IMG/VR virus record: IMGVR_UViG_3300049215_000772
Coordinates: 1-64,000 of that record
DNA from: a virus
Taxonomy: Duplodnaviria > Heunggongvirae > Uroviricota > Caudoviricetes
Reading direction: 5' to 3' (one strand)
DNA: 64,000 nucleotides
The notes below the pieces were generated by a model, which worked only from the letters and a program-made list of their open reading frames with translations, had not been told where the DNA came from and ran no database searches. Within the stretch, counting starts at the first letter, position 1. The number at the start of each line of letters is the position of its first letter. Shown one piece after another: positions 9,701 through 18,826 of this stretch. Position numbers and translations under genes: made by a program.

Positions 9701-10723
9701 ATGGACGAGAAGAAGCCACATCTGGCTCTAACGTATTGCAGGCGGTTCGGAACCGAGATTGAAATCAATTCCTTCGACAACAGGAATCGTCCTCTCATCG
9801 AGAACGCTTTGCCGGAAGGTATTCATTATGTAGGAACACAAGTGAACAAAATCCTTGGTGAGAAGGTGTTGATTCACAAGTGGGGGCACGATCACAACAA
9901 CGATGTCTGGATCATCAAGCCCGACAGCAGTTGTGGGATGGAGGTTTGCAGCCCTGTCAGCAAAGGCTGGTACGGCCTCAAGCGAATTTGTCAGGTGATC
10001 GACATGCTGGGCGGTGATCCAAAGATCAAAGCCGACAACAGGTGTTCTCTCCACGTTCACGTCGATGTTTCCGACCTATCCACTGAACAGTTGGGAGCCG
10101 TTATATCTTGGTGGGTTAAAAGCGAGCCTGTTTTCCTGGATTCAGTTCCATCCAGGCGCAAACGCAATCGGTACTGCCAATTCCTTGGGTTGTGTGAGTT
10201 GTTCGAGCATGATGGTGTGTACGGATTGGAGACGTTAATCAAACGCCTGGGCACGGCGAAATATGGTACATTGAATACATATCACCTGAAAGCCGGCAAG
10301 CGCCAGACTATCGAGTTTCGTATCATGGAGAATGAGTGCTGCCGGAACGCTTATATGGCGAAGAACTGGATCAGACTAATTCTTCATTTTGTCGAGATGG
10401 CTTACCGGCGTGGTCTGCCCAAGGTGTACGAAGAAGGTAATCCCTGGAGCGGCTATTGCTGGTTGGACCCCAAGGAAGTTTTCCAGCTTCTTGGTTTTGA
10501 CGACTCCTACGATCTTTCTCCTGGTTTACAACAGGTGAAGGGGTGGTTCTTGACAAGGCTGATAAACAACGCCTCCAAAACTGGTTTGCCGGGCGTGATG
10601 TGTGATAAGGCAAGGAATGCGGCGTATGGGCAGTATAAGGATATTCTGCTGAGTTCGGGGTTGAGTATTTCGACGCCGAACGATATGGATGAGGCGATAT
10701 ACAGTGAGAACTTTCGAGTTTGA
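9701..10723 (+). CDS. glutamine-synthetase-like amidoligase (Amidoligase_2 family)
   Basis: Ordered signature blocks 'FGTEIEIN', 'CSLHVHVD', 'TIEFRIMEN' typical of phage/bacterial GS-like amidoligases. Confidence 0.6.
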   Translation: MDEKKPHLALTYCRRFGTEIEINSFDNRNRPLIENALPEGIHYVGTQVNKILGEKVLIHKWGHDHNNDVWIIKPDSSCGMEVCSPVSKGWYGLKRICQVIDMLGGDPKIKADNRCSLHVHVDVSDLSTEQLGAVISWWVKSEPVFLDSVPSRRKRNRYCQFLGLCELFEHDGVYGLETLIKRLGTAKYGTLNTYHLKAGKRQTIEFRIMENECCRNAYMAKNWIRLILHFVEMAYRRGLPKVYEEGNPWSGYCWLDPKEVFQLLGFDDSYDLSPGLQQVKGWFLTRLINNASKTGLPGVMCDKARNAAYGQYKDILLSSGLSISTPNDMDEAIYSENFRV

Positions 10724-10749
10724 GCCGGGTATATATTTTCGAGGTTGAT

Positions 10750-11199
10750 ATGTTCTACAAGCCAGAAACCCTTCAAAACACAGTCGAGCGTATGCGGAAG
10801 TTGGGGGACCAACTCGTTCCCTACAACTTGCCGCAGAATGAAGAAGACATCAACATACTGAAATCTACTGAAACTGTTGTTGATGGCTACGAAGTTTGCA
10901 TTTACTTCACCAAATCCAAGTTCGAGGATCACTGCACGGAAATCTGTCAGGTTTGGGGCAAATATGCACCATTCCTGCCGTTCGTCGTGGTGTGCAAGAT
11001 CGCTAAGTCGTTCTTGGGCAATTCCCATCTGTCGCTCGTGGAACTTTTCAAAGGCAACAGGAAGGTTTACTGCTGGGCCGTCAACACCAATCATGATGGC
11101 AAGCCAATTCGTTCTCCGTACAGCAGTAAAACCGAAGAATGTAGCTATGAGGGGTTCAATTATTCCTACATGCAGCCGAGCCAGGTCAACTTCTACTGA
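10750..11199 (+). CDS. hypothetical protein downstream of the amidoligase
   Basis: ATG with a GAGG RBS (a TTG alternative at 10720 overlaps the amidoligase stop); no motif. Confidence 0.4.
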   Translation: MFYKPETLQNTVERMRKLGDQLVPYNLPQNEEDINILKSTETVVDGYEVCIYFTKSKFEDHCTEICQVWGKYAPFLPFVVVCKIAKSFLGNSHLSLVELFKGNRKVYCWAVNTNHDGKPIRSPYSSKTEECSYEGFNYSYMQPSQVNFY

Positions 11200-11258
11200 T
11201 ATTGGGTAGCAGCGCAATACATATAGGGCAAGGAAGTCCCTAACCCAAGAGGTCATGG

Positions 11259-12155
11259 ATGAGACGAGCCTTTTGTATTTGCCTGCTTTTGTTGGCAACA
11301 GCCTTAGTTGGGCTGAAAGCGACCCCGACTCCCACGGCGGTTGAGGTTGAGCGACCTGTCTATCAGGTAATCAACACTCAGCGAGTGGAAACTCCATATC
11401 GCATTCGCTTGGTGGCTCTCAAACATTCACATATCAGCATGGCAGATGGGGACGCCAATCTTGCCATTCAAGCCGCCAACGCAGCACGTTCCAAGGGACT
11501 CGACATCCGAGATGTAGCGAACCAAAACATCGACCCCAACGGGGCTGTGAAGGTCGTTATGTGGACCGAGAACGATCCCGAAAAGCTGAAAGCCTACATC
11601 AGCAGCCTCATGAAGATTGATGCCCAGCCCGGCGATACCTTCATCATCTTCACTATTGGCCACGGCTCCCCTGATGGTAGTCTTCAGGGCATGGGACAGC
11701 GAGCATGGTTGTTCAAAGCATTCGCCGCCGCTGCCGAAGAAAACCAACAGCGTACTTTGTGGTGGCAGTTGAGTTGCCACGCCAGCGCCGGCCTGCCGGC
11801 CATTTCGACACTGCCACCCTCCCAGCAGGAGTATTTCAGCGTCTATGCTTCTTCCACGGCTCAAAATACGTCCGCAGCCGGCGTACAGGGCCGCATCATG
11901 GAGAAGGTGTTTCTTGCCCTTGCTAACAGGGATAGGAGCCTGGATGACGGCAGCGATATTGTGACGGCGGCTCGGCTGCGCAACTTCCTGAACGGCGTCA
12001 GCAACGCCAGCGGCAACTTGCTGTACGCTGCTAACCCGGACACGCCGATCTTCGGTGGCGGATTCGGCCTGGCGAACCAGTTGCCCATTGTGGACCGCAA
12101 TAGCCAGCCCCAGCAGTACCCCAAGAACTACATTCCACTTCCGAGGAGTCGCTAG
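11259..12155 (+). CDS. secreted caspase-like (clan CD, C13/C14-type) cysteine peptidase
   Basis: N-terminal signal peptide 'MRRAFCICLLLLATALVG'; His 'IGHGSPDG' and Cys 'LSCHASAG' about 46 residues apart, matching the caspase His-Cys dyad order and spacing. Confidence 0.5.
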   Translation: MRRAFCICLLLLATALVGLKATPTPTAVEVERPVYQVINTQRVETPYRIRLVALKHSHISMADGDANLAIQAANAARSKGLDIRDVANQNIDPNGAVKVVMWTENDPEKLKAYISSLMKIDAQPGDTFIIFTIGHGSPDGSLQGMGQRAWLFKAFAAAAEENQQRTLWWQLSCHASAGLPAISTLPPSQQEYFSVYASSTAQNTSAAGVQGRIMEKVFLALANRDRSLDDGSDIVTAARLRNFLNGVSNASGNLLYAANPDTPIFGGGFGLANQLPIVDRNSQPQQYPKNYIPLPRSR

Positions 12156-12239
12156 GCCGGGGTCGCAAAATTGCCGGAACTGTAACGCAGTTCCGTTTAC
12201 CTTGGTAGAGAGGCCGAAACTCTAACCAAGGAGACGACG

Positions 12240-12476
12240 ATGGCGTGTTTGTACACTTGCAAGGTGGAAGATGTCAGGCCCGGCAACAAGATGCACGTCG
12301 ATGGCGTGGGCTGGTGCATCAAGCTGGAACCCCAGGAAGGCGTCCCCTACAACGCAATGGTCGAGAGTACCTTCGACGAGTACCACAAGTCCTTCACCGA
12401 GAAGGGGGCTGGCCGACTGGTATTCGTGCCGGAAGGTACTGAAGTGACAAGCGGTTATGGCTGGGGACACAGGTGA
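12240..12476 (+). CDS. hypothetical small protein
   Basis: ORF preceded by 'aaggagacgacg'; no motif. Confidence 0.4.
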   Translation: MACLYTCKVEDVRPGNKMHVDGVGWCIKLEPQEGVPYNAMVESTFDEYHKSFTEKGAGRLVFVPEGTEVTSGYGWGHR

Positions 12477-12513
12477 TGTCATTTAGAAAAAGTGATCTAC
12501 TTTCTCCAAACGT

Positions 12514-12567
12514 AATGTCTCATACATGAGTCTGTATTGTGGATTACAGACTCATGTATGAGACATT
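12514..12567. terminator. bidirectional terminator hairpin (perfect 21-bp palindrome)
   Basis: 'aatgtctcatacatgagtctg' + 12-nt loop + exact reverse complement, sitting between convergent genes. Confidence 0.55.
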
Positions 12568-12569
12568 GT

Positions 12570-12980
12570 TCACGGTCGGGGTTTCTTGTTCCCGATGGTG
12601 ATGTGGAACACTTTCTCGAAGGAATCCGGGGGCCGGGTGTACAAGCTGGTGATGGGAAGCCCTAGTTCGACTCGGATTTCTTCAAGTCGTGTGCTGAAGG
12701 CGTTCAACCACCAGTAGACAGTGCCTTCGTAGATGTAGTTGGAGTAGGCGAACTCCACTTCATCGCCTTCGTATTTTCCCCACAGGTCCATCCGTGGCGG
12801 TACTTCCTTCCTGACGACGGAAATGTGCGGCGGGTACATCTGTGGGTAGCAGGTGTAGTACAGGGGCATCAGATCACGGTACAAGCTGACAATGCCGGGA
12901 TCGACCATCACGTTGAGTTTTGGTCGCCCGGCATTGTCTATGCTGTACCTGAGCGGGCCTTTCGACCAGAACAGGTCCAT
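12570..12980 (-). CDS. 2H phosphoesterase superfamily protein (LigT / cyclic phosphodiesterase / Acb1-like)
   Basis: Two H-x-T/S-x motifs, 'PHISVVRKE' and 'FHITIGNKK', at the expected spacing; the ATG at 12980 follows the CCA gene stop by 2 nt. Confidence 0.6.
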   Translation of the reverse strand: MDLFWSKGPLRYSIDNAGRPKLNVMVDPGIVSLYRDLMPLYYTCYPQMYPPHISVVRKEVPPRMDLWGKYEGDEVEFAYSNYIYEGTVYWWLNAFSTRLEEIRVELGLPITSLYTRPPDSFEKVFHITIGNKKPRP

Positions 12981-12982
12981 AT

Positions 12983-14212
12983 TTACATCACTCCGACGAG
13001 TCCATCGAGATAGCACTGCGCCTCGTAGCGGGCCATCGCCTTGCCGATCTCCGGGCCAGCCAGGTGCATGAAGTCTTCCGACTTGGCGACCGGCTGGTAT
13101 GCCAAGAAGTAGTCCATGTCACCGATGCTTGCGCCGGCGATTTCGGCGAAGTCACGAATGTCCTGCACCAACTCGGCCAATGCCTGCTCTCGCTGTTCCC
13201 CTTCAAGCTGCTTGTAGAGATCACGCTGCCGAAGCAGGTGGGCTACCTTGTCAACATTGAACAGATACAGTTTTTGCAGGAATTCCACCCGATCCGACAC
13301 GTCGTTCGGGTACTTCAGCTTGTTCAGGTGCTTCCGAACACCTTCACGTCCCTTCAGGAGCCATGCCAGGACCGCTTTCAGGTTCCGGCACCGACCGATC
13401 TTCTCGATGTCGGCGACGACCCCCAGGACGGCAGGCATCAGGCCCAGCGCCTCGTAGCTCTGGACGTACTTGGCAGGGTTTCGAGCCTTCTGCAAGCCGA
13501 CCGAGAACTCGTTGGCGATGCGCTCCGGGGACACACCCTTCAAGTCCCTGAACTCCTCGATGGCGTTCAAGGTGTCGGGGTCAAGGCTGATGTCGCTGTC
13601 CTTGAAGCGGTGGTAGAACCGTACCAGCCGGGGGATGCGTAGCTTGTCCTCCCGAAACCGATCACGGGCCACGCCTACTGGACGAACGACCAGGTTCTTG
13701 AGATCATCAAGTCCCTGTCCGAGTCCCTGTTCGTTGAGGTTGTAGTCCCGAATCTCCCGCTCGTGCAGGTGGTAGAACAAGGCGTTGATGGTCAGGTCAC
13801 GCCGAGCGGCGTCCTTGGCCGGCGTCGAGAAGACAACTTCATCGGGCCGACGACCATCACCAACGTCGGGGTCGTACCACTCCTCACGGAACGTGGCGAT
13901 TTCGTACTCGACTTCATCCAGCACGGCGCTGACGACGCCGAAGCTGACGCCCTTGGGGTAAGCGCTGATCCCCAACTTCTTTGCCTGCTGGCTGTTGAGG
14001 ATGCGGAGAACCTTGTCGGGATCGGCTTCAGTTGCCAGGTCCACGTCCTTGGGGTCGAAGTCGCCCCCGTGGAAGTGGCTGATGCCGAAGTCACGAACGA
14101 AACCACCGACGCCGTAAAGGTCTGCGTCGTGGGCGTTGAACAGGTTGTCCAGGGCGTAAACGGCCCCAGGCAGCGGAATTTCAGCTTTCAGTCGGTCGAA
14201 ACGGTCGCTCAT
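12983..14212 (-). CDS. cca: tRNA nucleotidyltransferase (CCA-adding enzyme, Pol-beta-like class II)
   Basis: 'GGFVRD', 'DVDLAT', 'RRDLTINAL' head-domain motifs in the canonical order. Confidence 0.8.
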   Translation of the reverse strand: MSDRFDRLKAEIPLPGAVYALDNLFNAHDADLYGVGGFVRDFGISHFHGGDFDPKDVDLATEADPDKVLRILNSQQAKKLGISAYPKGVSFGVVSAVLDEVEYEIATFREEWYDPDVGDGRRPDEVVFSTPAKDAARRDLTINALFYHLHEREIRDYNLNEQGLGQGLDDLKNLVVRPVGVARDRFREDKLRIPRLVRFYHRFKDSDISLDPDTLNAIEEFRDLKGVSPERIANEFSVGLQKARNPAKYVQSYEALGLMPAVLGVVADIEKIGRCRNLKAVLAWLLKGREGVRKHLNKLKYPNDVSDRVEFLQKLYLFNVDKVAHLLRQRDLYKQLEGEQREQALAELVQDIRDFAEIAGASIGDMDYFLAYQPVAKSEDFMHLAGPEIGKAMARYEAQCYLDGLVGVM

Positions 14213-14357
14213 GGCACCCTCCTTTCTATTGTAGAAGACGCTCCAGTGGCTTCGAGGTTCGGGAATTTTTCGGCGAAGCGTTTGGCCCCGACGCCGACTA
14301 TATACCTCGTCCGATCACCCGCTGATCGGCTTACATCCTACAAATAGGAGTCACATT

Positions 14358-14663
14358 ATGAGCAACAGCAAGAAGAAAATCCAGTCTCTTATCGTCACCC
14401 ACCTGTTGAAGCACGGCCAGATCGAGATCAAGCTACCGGATGGCATGGTCCTCGAAATCGGCGTCACGCAGGAAGGCGAGAATGGCGAGTTGGAAGTGAA
14501 GGACGATTACTGTTGGGTCATCGCTACACAGAAAGAACGTCAAGCGAGTATGGATTCCTACAATATGGGATTGAGGTTCGACGACAGGGACAATATAATC
14601 GTATTTGAGGACCGCTATATCGACCAGAATGGCGAAGCAGTCCGCCGACTAGACGTTGTTTGA
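14358..14663 (+). CDS. hypothetical protein
   Basis: AGGAG RBS ('aataggagtcacattatg'); upstream 7-bp palindrome 'ccgatcacccgctgatcgg' at 14311..14329, possible operator. Confidence 0.45.
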   Translation: MSNSKKKIQSLIVTHLLKHGQIEIKLPDGMVLEIGVTQEGENGELEVKDDYCWVIATQKERQASMDSYNMGLRFDDRDNIIVFEDRYIDQNGEAVRRLDVV

Positions 14664-15008
14664 ATCTTTGCGATATAGGTTTCCCAACGTCTGAATGTGT
14701 TTTATATCGCCAGTATTCGACAGGTGAAGTTCCGTCGTGCCCACCGCCACTGAATCAGTTTCGATGGGTACGTTGAATTCAACCCATAATATGAAGCCGG
14801 TGGGGACAATCTGGAATCTTGAGAGTGTCACCTGAACACCCTTGTTCCTTACATCAGTTGAAGGTATGATGGCAAAGGACTGCAAGCGATCACGAGCATT
14901 TTGCAGTGCGAAAGCCATCAGCTTTGAACTGTTGAGGAACTTGGTCCAGTTGGCGACAAGCAATTCTTCCAGCTTGTCTTCTTTCAAAACGTCCTTCATA
15001 TTTTCCAT
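14649..15008 (-). CDS. hypothetical protein
   Basis: ORF; start ambiguous (GTG at 15041, ATG at 15008 or 14999). Confidence 0.35.
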   Translation of the reverse strand: MENMKDVLKEDKLEELLVANWTKFLNSSKLMAFALQNARDRLQSFAIIPSTDVRNKGVQVTLSRFQIVPTGFILWVEFNVPIETDSVAVGTTELHLSNTGDIKHIQTLGNLYRKDSNNV

Positions 15009-15022
15009 AAGGATGTACACCC

Positions 15023-15277
15023 ATGAAGAAGCCTGAGACACTGCTAAAAGAGTACGCTCAGAGACTTTCTGATGAGAACCTGAAGTTCGTGAACGGACGC
15101 CTTACGCAGCGCCTTGCTGGTGATTTGCCAGAAGTCATGGACTTCTTGTCCAAGAGCAACGACGTTGATCGTTGGCTCTCGTCCGCAAAGTCATGTTGGG
15201 AACTGTACGATTTCCTGGATATGACTCACAAATTTGTTGACAAGGAATATACGAGGAGGTTCGGAGAAGACGAATGA
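15023..15277 (+). CDS. hypothetical small protein
   Basis: ORF coupled by ATGA overlap to the downstream peptidase gene. Confidence 0.4.
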   Translation: MKKPETLLKEYAQRLSDENLKFVNGRLTQRLAGDLPEVMDFLSKSNDVDRWLSSAKSCWELYDFLDMTHKFVDKEYTRRFGEDE

Positions 15278-15819
15278 AGTACGTTTTCTGTTTGATCCTT
15301 TCTCTCGCCGTGGCGTCTGTTGCCGGGGCGTTAGAAGTGCCGTCGAAAGCCAAGGTTGCCAATCGAGACAGTTATTGCTGCTGGGCTTGTTTGGAAACTT
15401 TGGGACGGACGCATCGCATTCAGGCTCTCTACGACTTGGTAGAGAATCGCAGAAGTGACCCCGATGATTTGGTCCTTGGACCTTGGGGTTGGGAGGTTCG
15501 GCCCAAAAATTACGGGTATGACCGCTCATTGAAGAACAAGCTGGATTCGCTCGGCGTGCGCTACACAATGCAGTTCACAGGCAATTATAGCCGTGGGCTG
15601 TTGCAACATGCCGACAGGGATGGATGCCTGGTAACAGTGAATCCCGGTGCTTTCGCTGGCATGACCAACGGGCACGGCATTGTGTTGACGCATTACGACG
15701 ACAGGCGGGTGGAGTTCTACGACCCGAACGACCCCAGCAGCATGTACGAGGCAACAAGAAGATGGTTCGACTACTACTGGACGGGTCTGGTGATCGTGAT
15801 TCCACAGCAACAAAGGTAA
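15274..15819 (+). CDS. secreted papain-like cysteine peptidase (C39-like)
   Basis: Signal peptide 'MKYVFCLILSLAVASVAGA'; 'SYCCWACLETLG' resembles the C39 catalytic Cys motif (G..C.AC); downstream His 'GHGIVLTHYDD' and 'DPND'. Confidence 0.45.
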   Translation: MKYVFCLILSLAVASVAGALEVPSKAKVANRDSYCCWACLETLGRTHRIQALYDLVENRRSDPDDLVLGPWGWEVRPKNYGYDRSLKNKLDSLGVRYTMQFTGNYSRGLLQHADRDGCLVTVNPGAFAGMTNGHGIVLTHYDDRRVEFYDPNDPSSMYEATRRWFDYYWTGLVIVIPQQQR

Positions 15820-16017
15820 CTTGGAGAGAGTGGACGGCAGATTGTTTGTCCACTTTTTTTTGGGTTTCGGTTGTTCTGCTGGCGCTTGGCGTGGGCGTTA
15901 TTGGCTGGATATTGGATAGTTTGTTCAATATGCTTGAGCCGAAAAAGCCTGCGCCACCGCCTATCGAACGAGATACCCTTGACATGACCTAAATATCCAT
16001 GTACCCTGTGGAGGACA

Positions 16018-18111
16018 ATGACAACTCAAACAAAGGACAAACAAATGCCACCCGTCACGAAAGTACAAGATCAGCCCGTTCTTGTTGCTTCAGCCGAATA
16101 CCCCTACGCCAAATGGAGTTTCGAGAAATTCAACCCGGTTCAAAGCCGGGCTTTTGAATTTTTTGACAAGGAAACCAGCGGCCTCATCGCCGCTATGACC
16201 AGCGCCGGCAAAACAGTGGTTGCCGAGATGTTCCTCGCCCATGAAATTCGCAAGCGTGGCGGTAAGGGCATGTTCCTTGCCCCGCTGCGTGCCTTGGCGC
16301 AGGAGAAGATCGACGACTGGACCGACAAGGAATATCATTTCAACGACAAGAAAATCTCCATTTGTACTGGCGATTACAGGCTCACTAAGGAGCGTGCCAA
16401 GGAGTTGAACGACGCCGATCTCATTATCATGACTTCGGAAATGCTCAACCATCGTTCCAGGAATTACAAATCGGAACAAAATGAGTGGCTGAAGGAAGTT
16501 GGCACCCTCATCGTTGATGAGTCCCACCTGCTCACTGTTCCTGGCCGTGGCGACCACCTGGAAGTGGGCCTCATGAAGTTCACTGAGATCAACCCCAATG
16601 CCCGACTGGTGTTGCTCAGTGCCACGATGCCTAATGTCGAGGAGATTGCCGAATGGGTGTCATATGCGCTCACCAAGCGTGATACTTTCGTATTGAGAAG
16701 TCAATATCGCCCGGTGCCTCTCAATACCCACTTCGAGAGCTACTACGACGGCTATCAGAAGTACGACGACAGGGAAGTGGAGAAGGTCAACAAAGCCCTC
16801 GACATCATCGAACACTACGACAAGGACAAGTTCCTTGTTTTCGCCCATACCAAGCGCACGGGCGAATTGATGAAGCAAGCCTGTCGTGCTGCTGGTATTA
16901 CCTGCGAGTTCCACAATGCCAACCTGGAAAAAAAAGATCGAGTGAAGCTGGAACACAACTTCCGCAAAGACCCAAAACTGCGAGTTGTTGTTGCCACGCC
17001 GACTTTGGCCTGGGGACTCAATATGCCGGCCCGCAGGGTCATCATCCTGGGTGTCCATCGTGGTCTGGAAGAAGTCGAAACTTACAACATTACGCAGATG
17101 ATCGGTCGTTCCGGTCGAGTGGGTCTGGACCCGCAGGGTGATGCCTATATCTTGCTGCCTGAGAGCAAGATGGATTTCTACAAGAACAGGCTCAAAAACC
17201 CCGACCGTATCGAGAGCCAACTGCTTTGCAAGGTGGGTGGAACGGGCGAATCGAAGCCCAAGCACAAGGTCTTGGCTTTTCATATTGTCAGTGAAATTCA
17301 TCACGGCGGCATCAAAACCACCGACGACGTTCACCACTGGTACAAGCGGAGTCTGGCTTGTTTCCAGAGCCTCGAACTGGAAGATGATGTCGTCAACGAC
17401 ACAATGGAACTGCTGAAGTTCAACGGGGCTGTGCGGGAAGAAAACGGCGAGTACAAGGTCACGCCTGTCGGCATGATCTCCAGTATGTTTTACTACAGTC
17501 CGTTCGACGTGAATGATCTGCGGAAGAATTTCAACGACCTGTTTGGCAACAACCATCAGGATGACGATTACTGGCTCTCGCTGGCCCTGGGCAACATCGA
17601 CACGAACCGCATGAACATCGTCACCAATGCGGAACGTGACGAGATGGCCACCTACGTCAACAAGATCAGGCAGTTGAATCCAGCGGGGTTTGGTTACAAG
17701 TGGTTCGATGCCGCAATGAAGGCTGGTTTCTGCTACTACAACCTGCTCAATGGCTTCAACAGCAATGTCCTGTCCGCAGTCCAGCGCAACCTTCAATTCG
17801 ACTACAATCGACTGAGCCAGGTTTTGATTGCCTTGGATTCGATGGGCTGCAAGTGGAGTCGGAGTGGTTGGCTCCATGCTTTGGAGCAGCGCATTTCCAG
17901 TGGCGTGCCGATGTACCTGGTTGACCTGTGCCGTATTCCCAACGTCGGCAAGGTGCGGGCCAAGAAGTTGTATGAGGCCGGGATCAAGACCGCTGAAGAG
18001 TTTGCTGATCTTGACCCCGCCGAGGCGAAAAAGCTGCTGAACATCAAGGACGAAATTCTCACTGAGATGATGTCGGAGGCGCAGAAGTTGGCATTGACCG
18101 GGGGACTGTAA
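16018..18111 (+). CDS. Ski2/Hel308-like superfamily 2 DNA helicase
   Basis: Q-motif/motif I 'FNPVQSRAF...AMTSAGKT', motif II 'VDESHLL', motif III 'LLSATMPN', motif VI 'QMIGRSGRVG', C-terminal helix-hairpin-helix 'IPNVGKVRAKKLYEAGIKTAEEF'; GGAGG RBS. Confidence 0.8.
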   Translation: MTTQTKDKQMPPVTKVQDQPVLVASAEYPYAKWSFEKFNPVQSRAFEFFDKETSGLIAAMTSAGKTVVAEMFLAHEIRKRGGKGMFLAPLRALAQEKIDDWTDKEYHFNDKKISICTGDYRLTKERAKELNDADLIIMTSEMLNHRSRNYKSEQNEWLKEVGTLIVDESHLLTVPGRGDHLEVGLMKFTEINPNARLVLLSATMPNVEEIAEWVSYALTKRDTFVLRSQYRPVPLNTHFESYYDGYQKYDDREVEKVNKALDIIEHYDKDKFLVFAHTKRTGELMKQACRAAGITCEFHNANLEKKDRVKLEHNFRKDPKLRVVVATPTLAWGLNMPARRVIILGVHRGLEEVETYNITQMIGRSGRVGLDPQGDAYILLPESKMDFYKNRLKNPDRIESQLLCKVGGTGESKPKHKVLAFHIVSEIHHGGIKTTDDVHHWYKRSLACFQSLELEDDVVNDTMELLKFNGAVREENGEYKVTPVGMISSMFYYSPFDVNDLRKNFNDLFGNNHQDDDYWLSLALGNIDTNRMNIVTNAERDEMATYVNKIRQLNPAGFGYKWFDAAMKAGFCYYNLLNGFNSNVLSAVQRNLQFDYNRLSQVLIALDSMGCKWSRSGWLHALEQRISSGVPMYLVDLCRIPNVGKVRAKKLYEAGIKTAEEFADLDPAEAKKLLNIKDEILTEMMSEAQKLALTGGL

Positions 18112-18826
18112 CTTTTTTCTTCAGGCGGAGCGCCATTTGTTTTGCGAAAATGGCGTTCCGCCTGATAGCTCTCATCCTGTTGATGATCGCTTGCTGCGAC
18201 ATAGCCATCATTCCCATCATTCCTGCACTGATGGTTTGTTCGCAAGCCGAGCAGTCCTCGCTGCTGTCATCGTTACTCAACCCAACGCTGATTCCATCGC
18301 CATCACTTCCGCTATAGGTGTAGTTGTTGCCGTTGACGGTCGGCGTCAAATTGCCGCAACCATTGATGAATGTTGGCGACACGCTGGCTGTGACCGTCCC
18401 ATCTCCAACCATTGCGATGCTCCCAACACCCCCACCCAGCCAAAAACCAAGTCCGGTCGTCGTAAGTGTAACAGTTGCCGTCGTGCAAGGAACGCAGCCA
18501 CCTGCGGCCAGGGCGAACACAAATGGTCCAGTTTCAAGTTCTTCTTCGTCGAAGGACGGCATTTGTGGAAGGCCAGGAAGGTTCTTGGCACGCAGGCCGG
18601 TGACAGACCCACAAACACAGCCTTCATTTCCAGTTGATTGCGCAGTGATTACCGGGCCGGCAAATCCGACTCTTGGAATTGGGGCCATCATTGACGGTCC
18701 ATCCCAAGCACTGGCGGGTGTGCCGATCTTGAAACCTACGTTCACTGATGTATAGAGCGGCTGTGGCGGGCAGCAGTTGCAGTTACAGCCACACCACCCG
18801 CCTGAGCCATTCTTGTAGGTCGCCAT
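18059..18826 (-). CDS. Cys/Gly/Thr-rich low-complexity protein
   Basis: AAGGA RBS; ATGA stop/start overlap with the upstream 91-aa ORF; N-terminus 'GWCGCNCNCCPPQP'; a stop-poor region in several frames, so weakly supported. Confidence 0.4.
   Translation of the reverse strand: MATYKNGSGGWCGCNCNCCPPQPLYTSVNVGFKIGTPASAWDGPSMMAPIPRVGFAGPVITAQSTGNEGCVCGSVTGLRAKNLPGLPQMPSFDEEELETGPFVFALAAGGCVPCTTATVTLTTTGLGFWLGGGVGSIAMVGDGTVTASVSPTFINGCGNLTPTVNGNNYTYSGSDGDGISVGLSNDDSSEDCSACEQTISAGMMGMMAMSQQAIINRMRAIRRNAIFAKQMALRLKKKVTVPRSMPTSAPPTSSQ
18122..18164 (+). terminator. imperfect hairpin after the helicase gene
   Basis: 'caggcggagcgccattt..aaatggcgttccgcctg' preceded by a T-run; lies inside the C-terminal region of the antisense 18059..18826 ORF. 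Confidence 0.35.

Noticed and set aside
15826-15990. Possible small transmembrane ORF after the C39-like gene ('...LSTFFWVSVVLLALGVGVIGWILDSL...')
   Set aside because: Only TTG or GTG starts, weak RBS and overlap with the preceding gene; kept as a possibility but not called.
16660-17877. 405-aa minus-strand ORF
   Set aside because: Antisense to the Hel308-like helicase gene.
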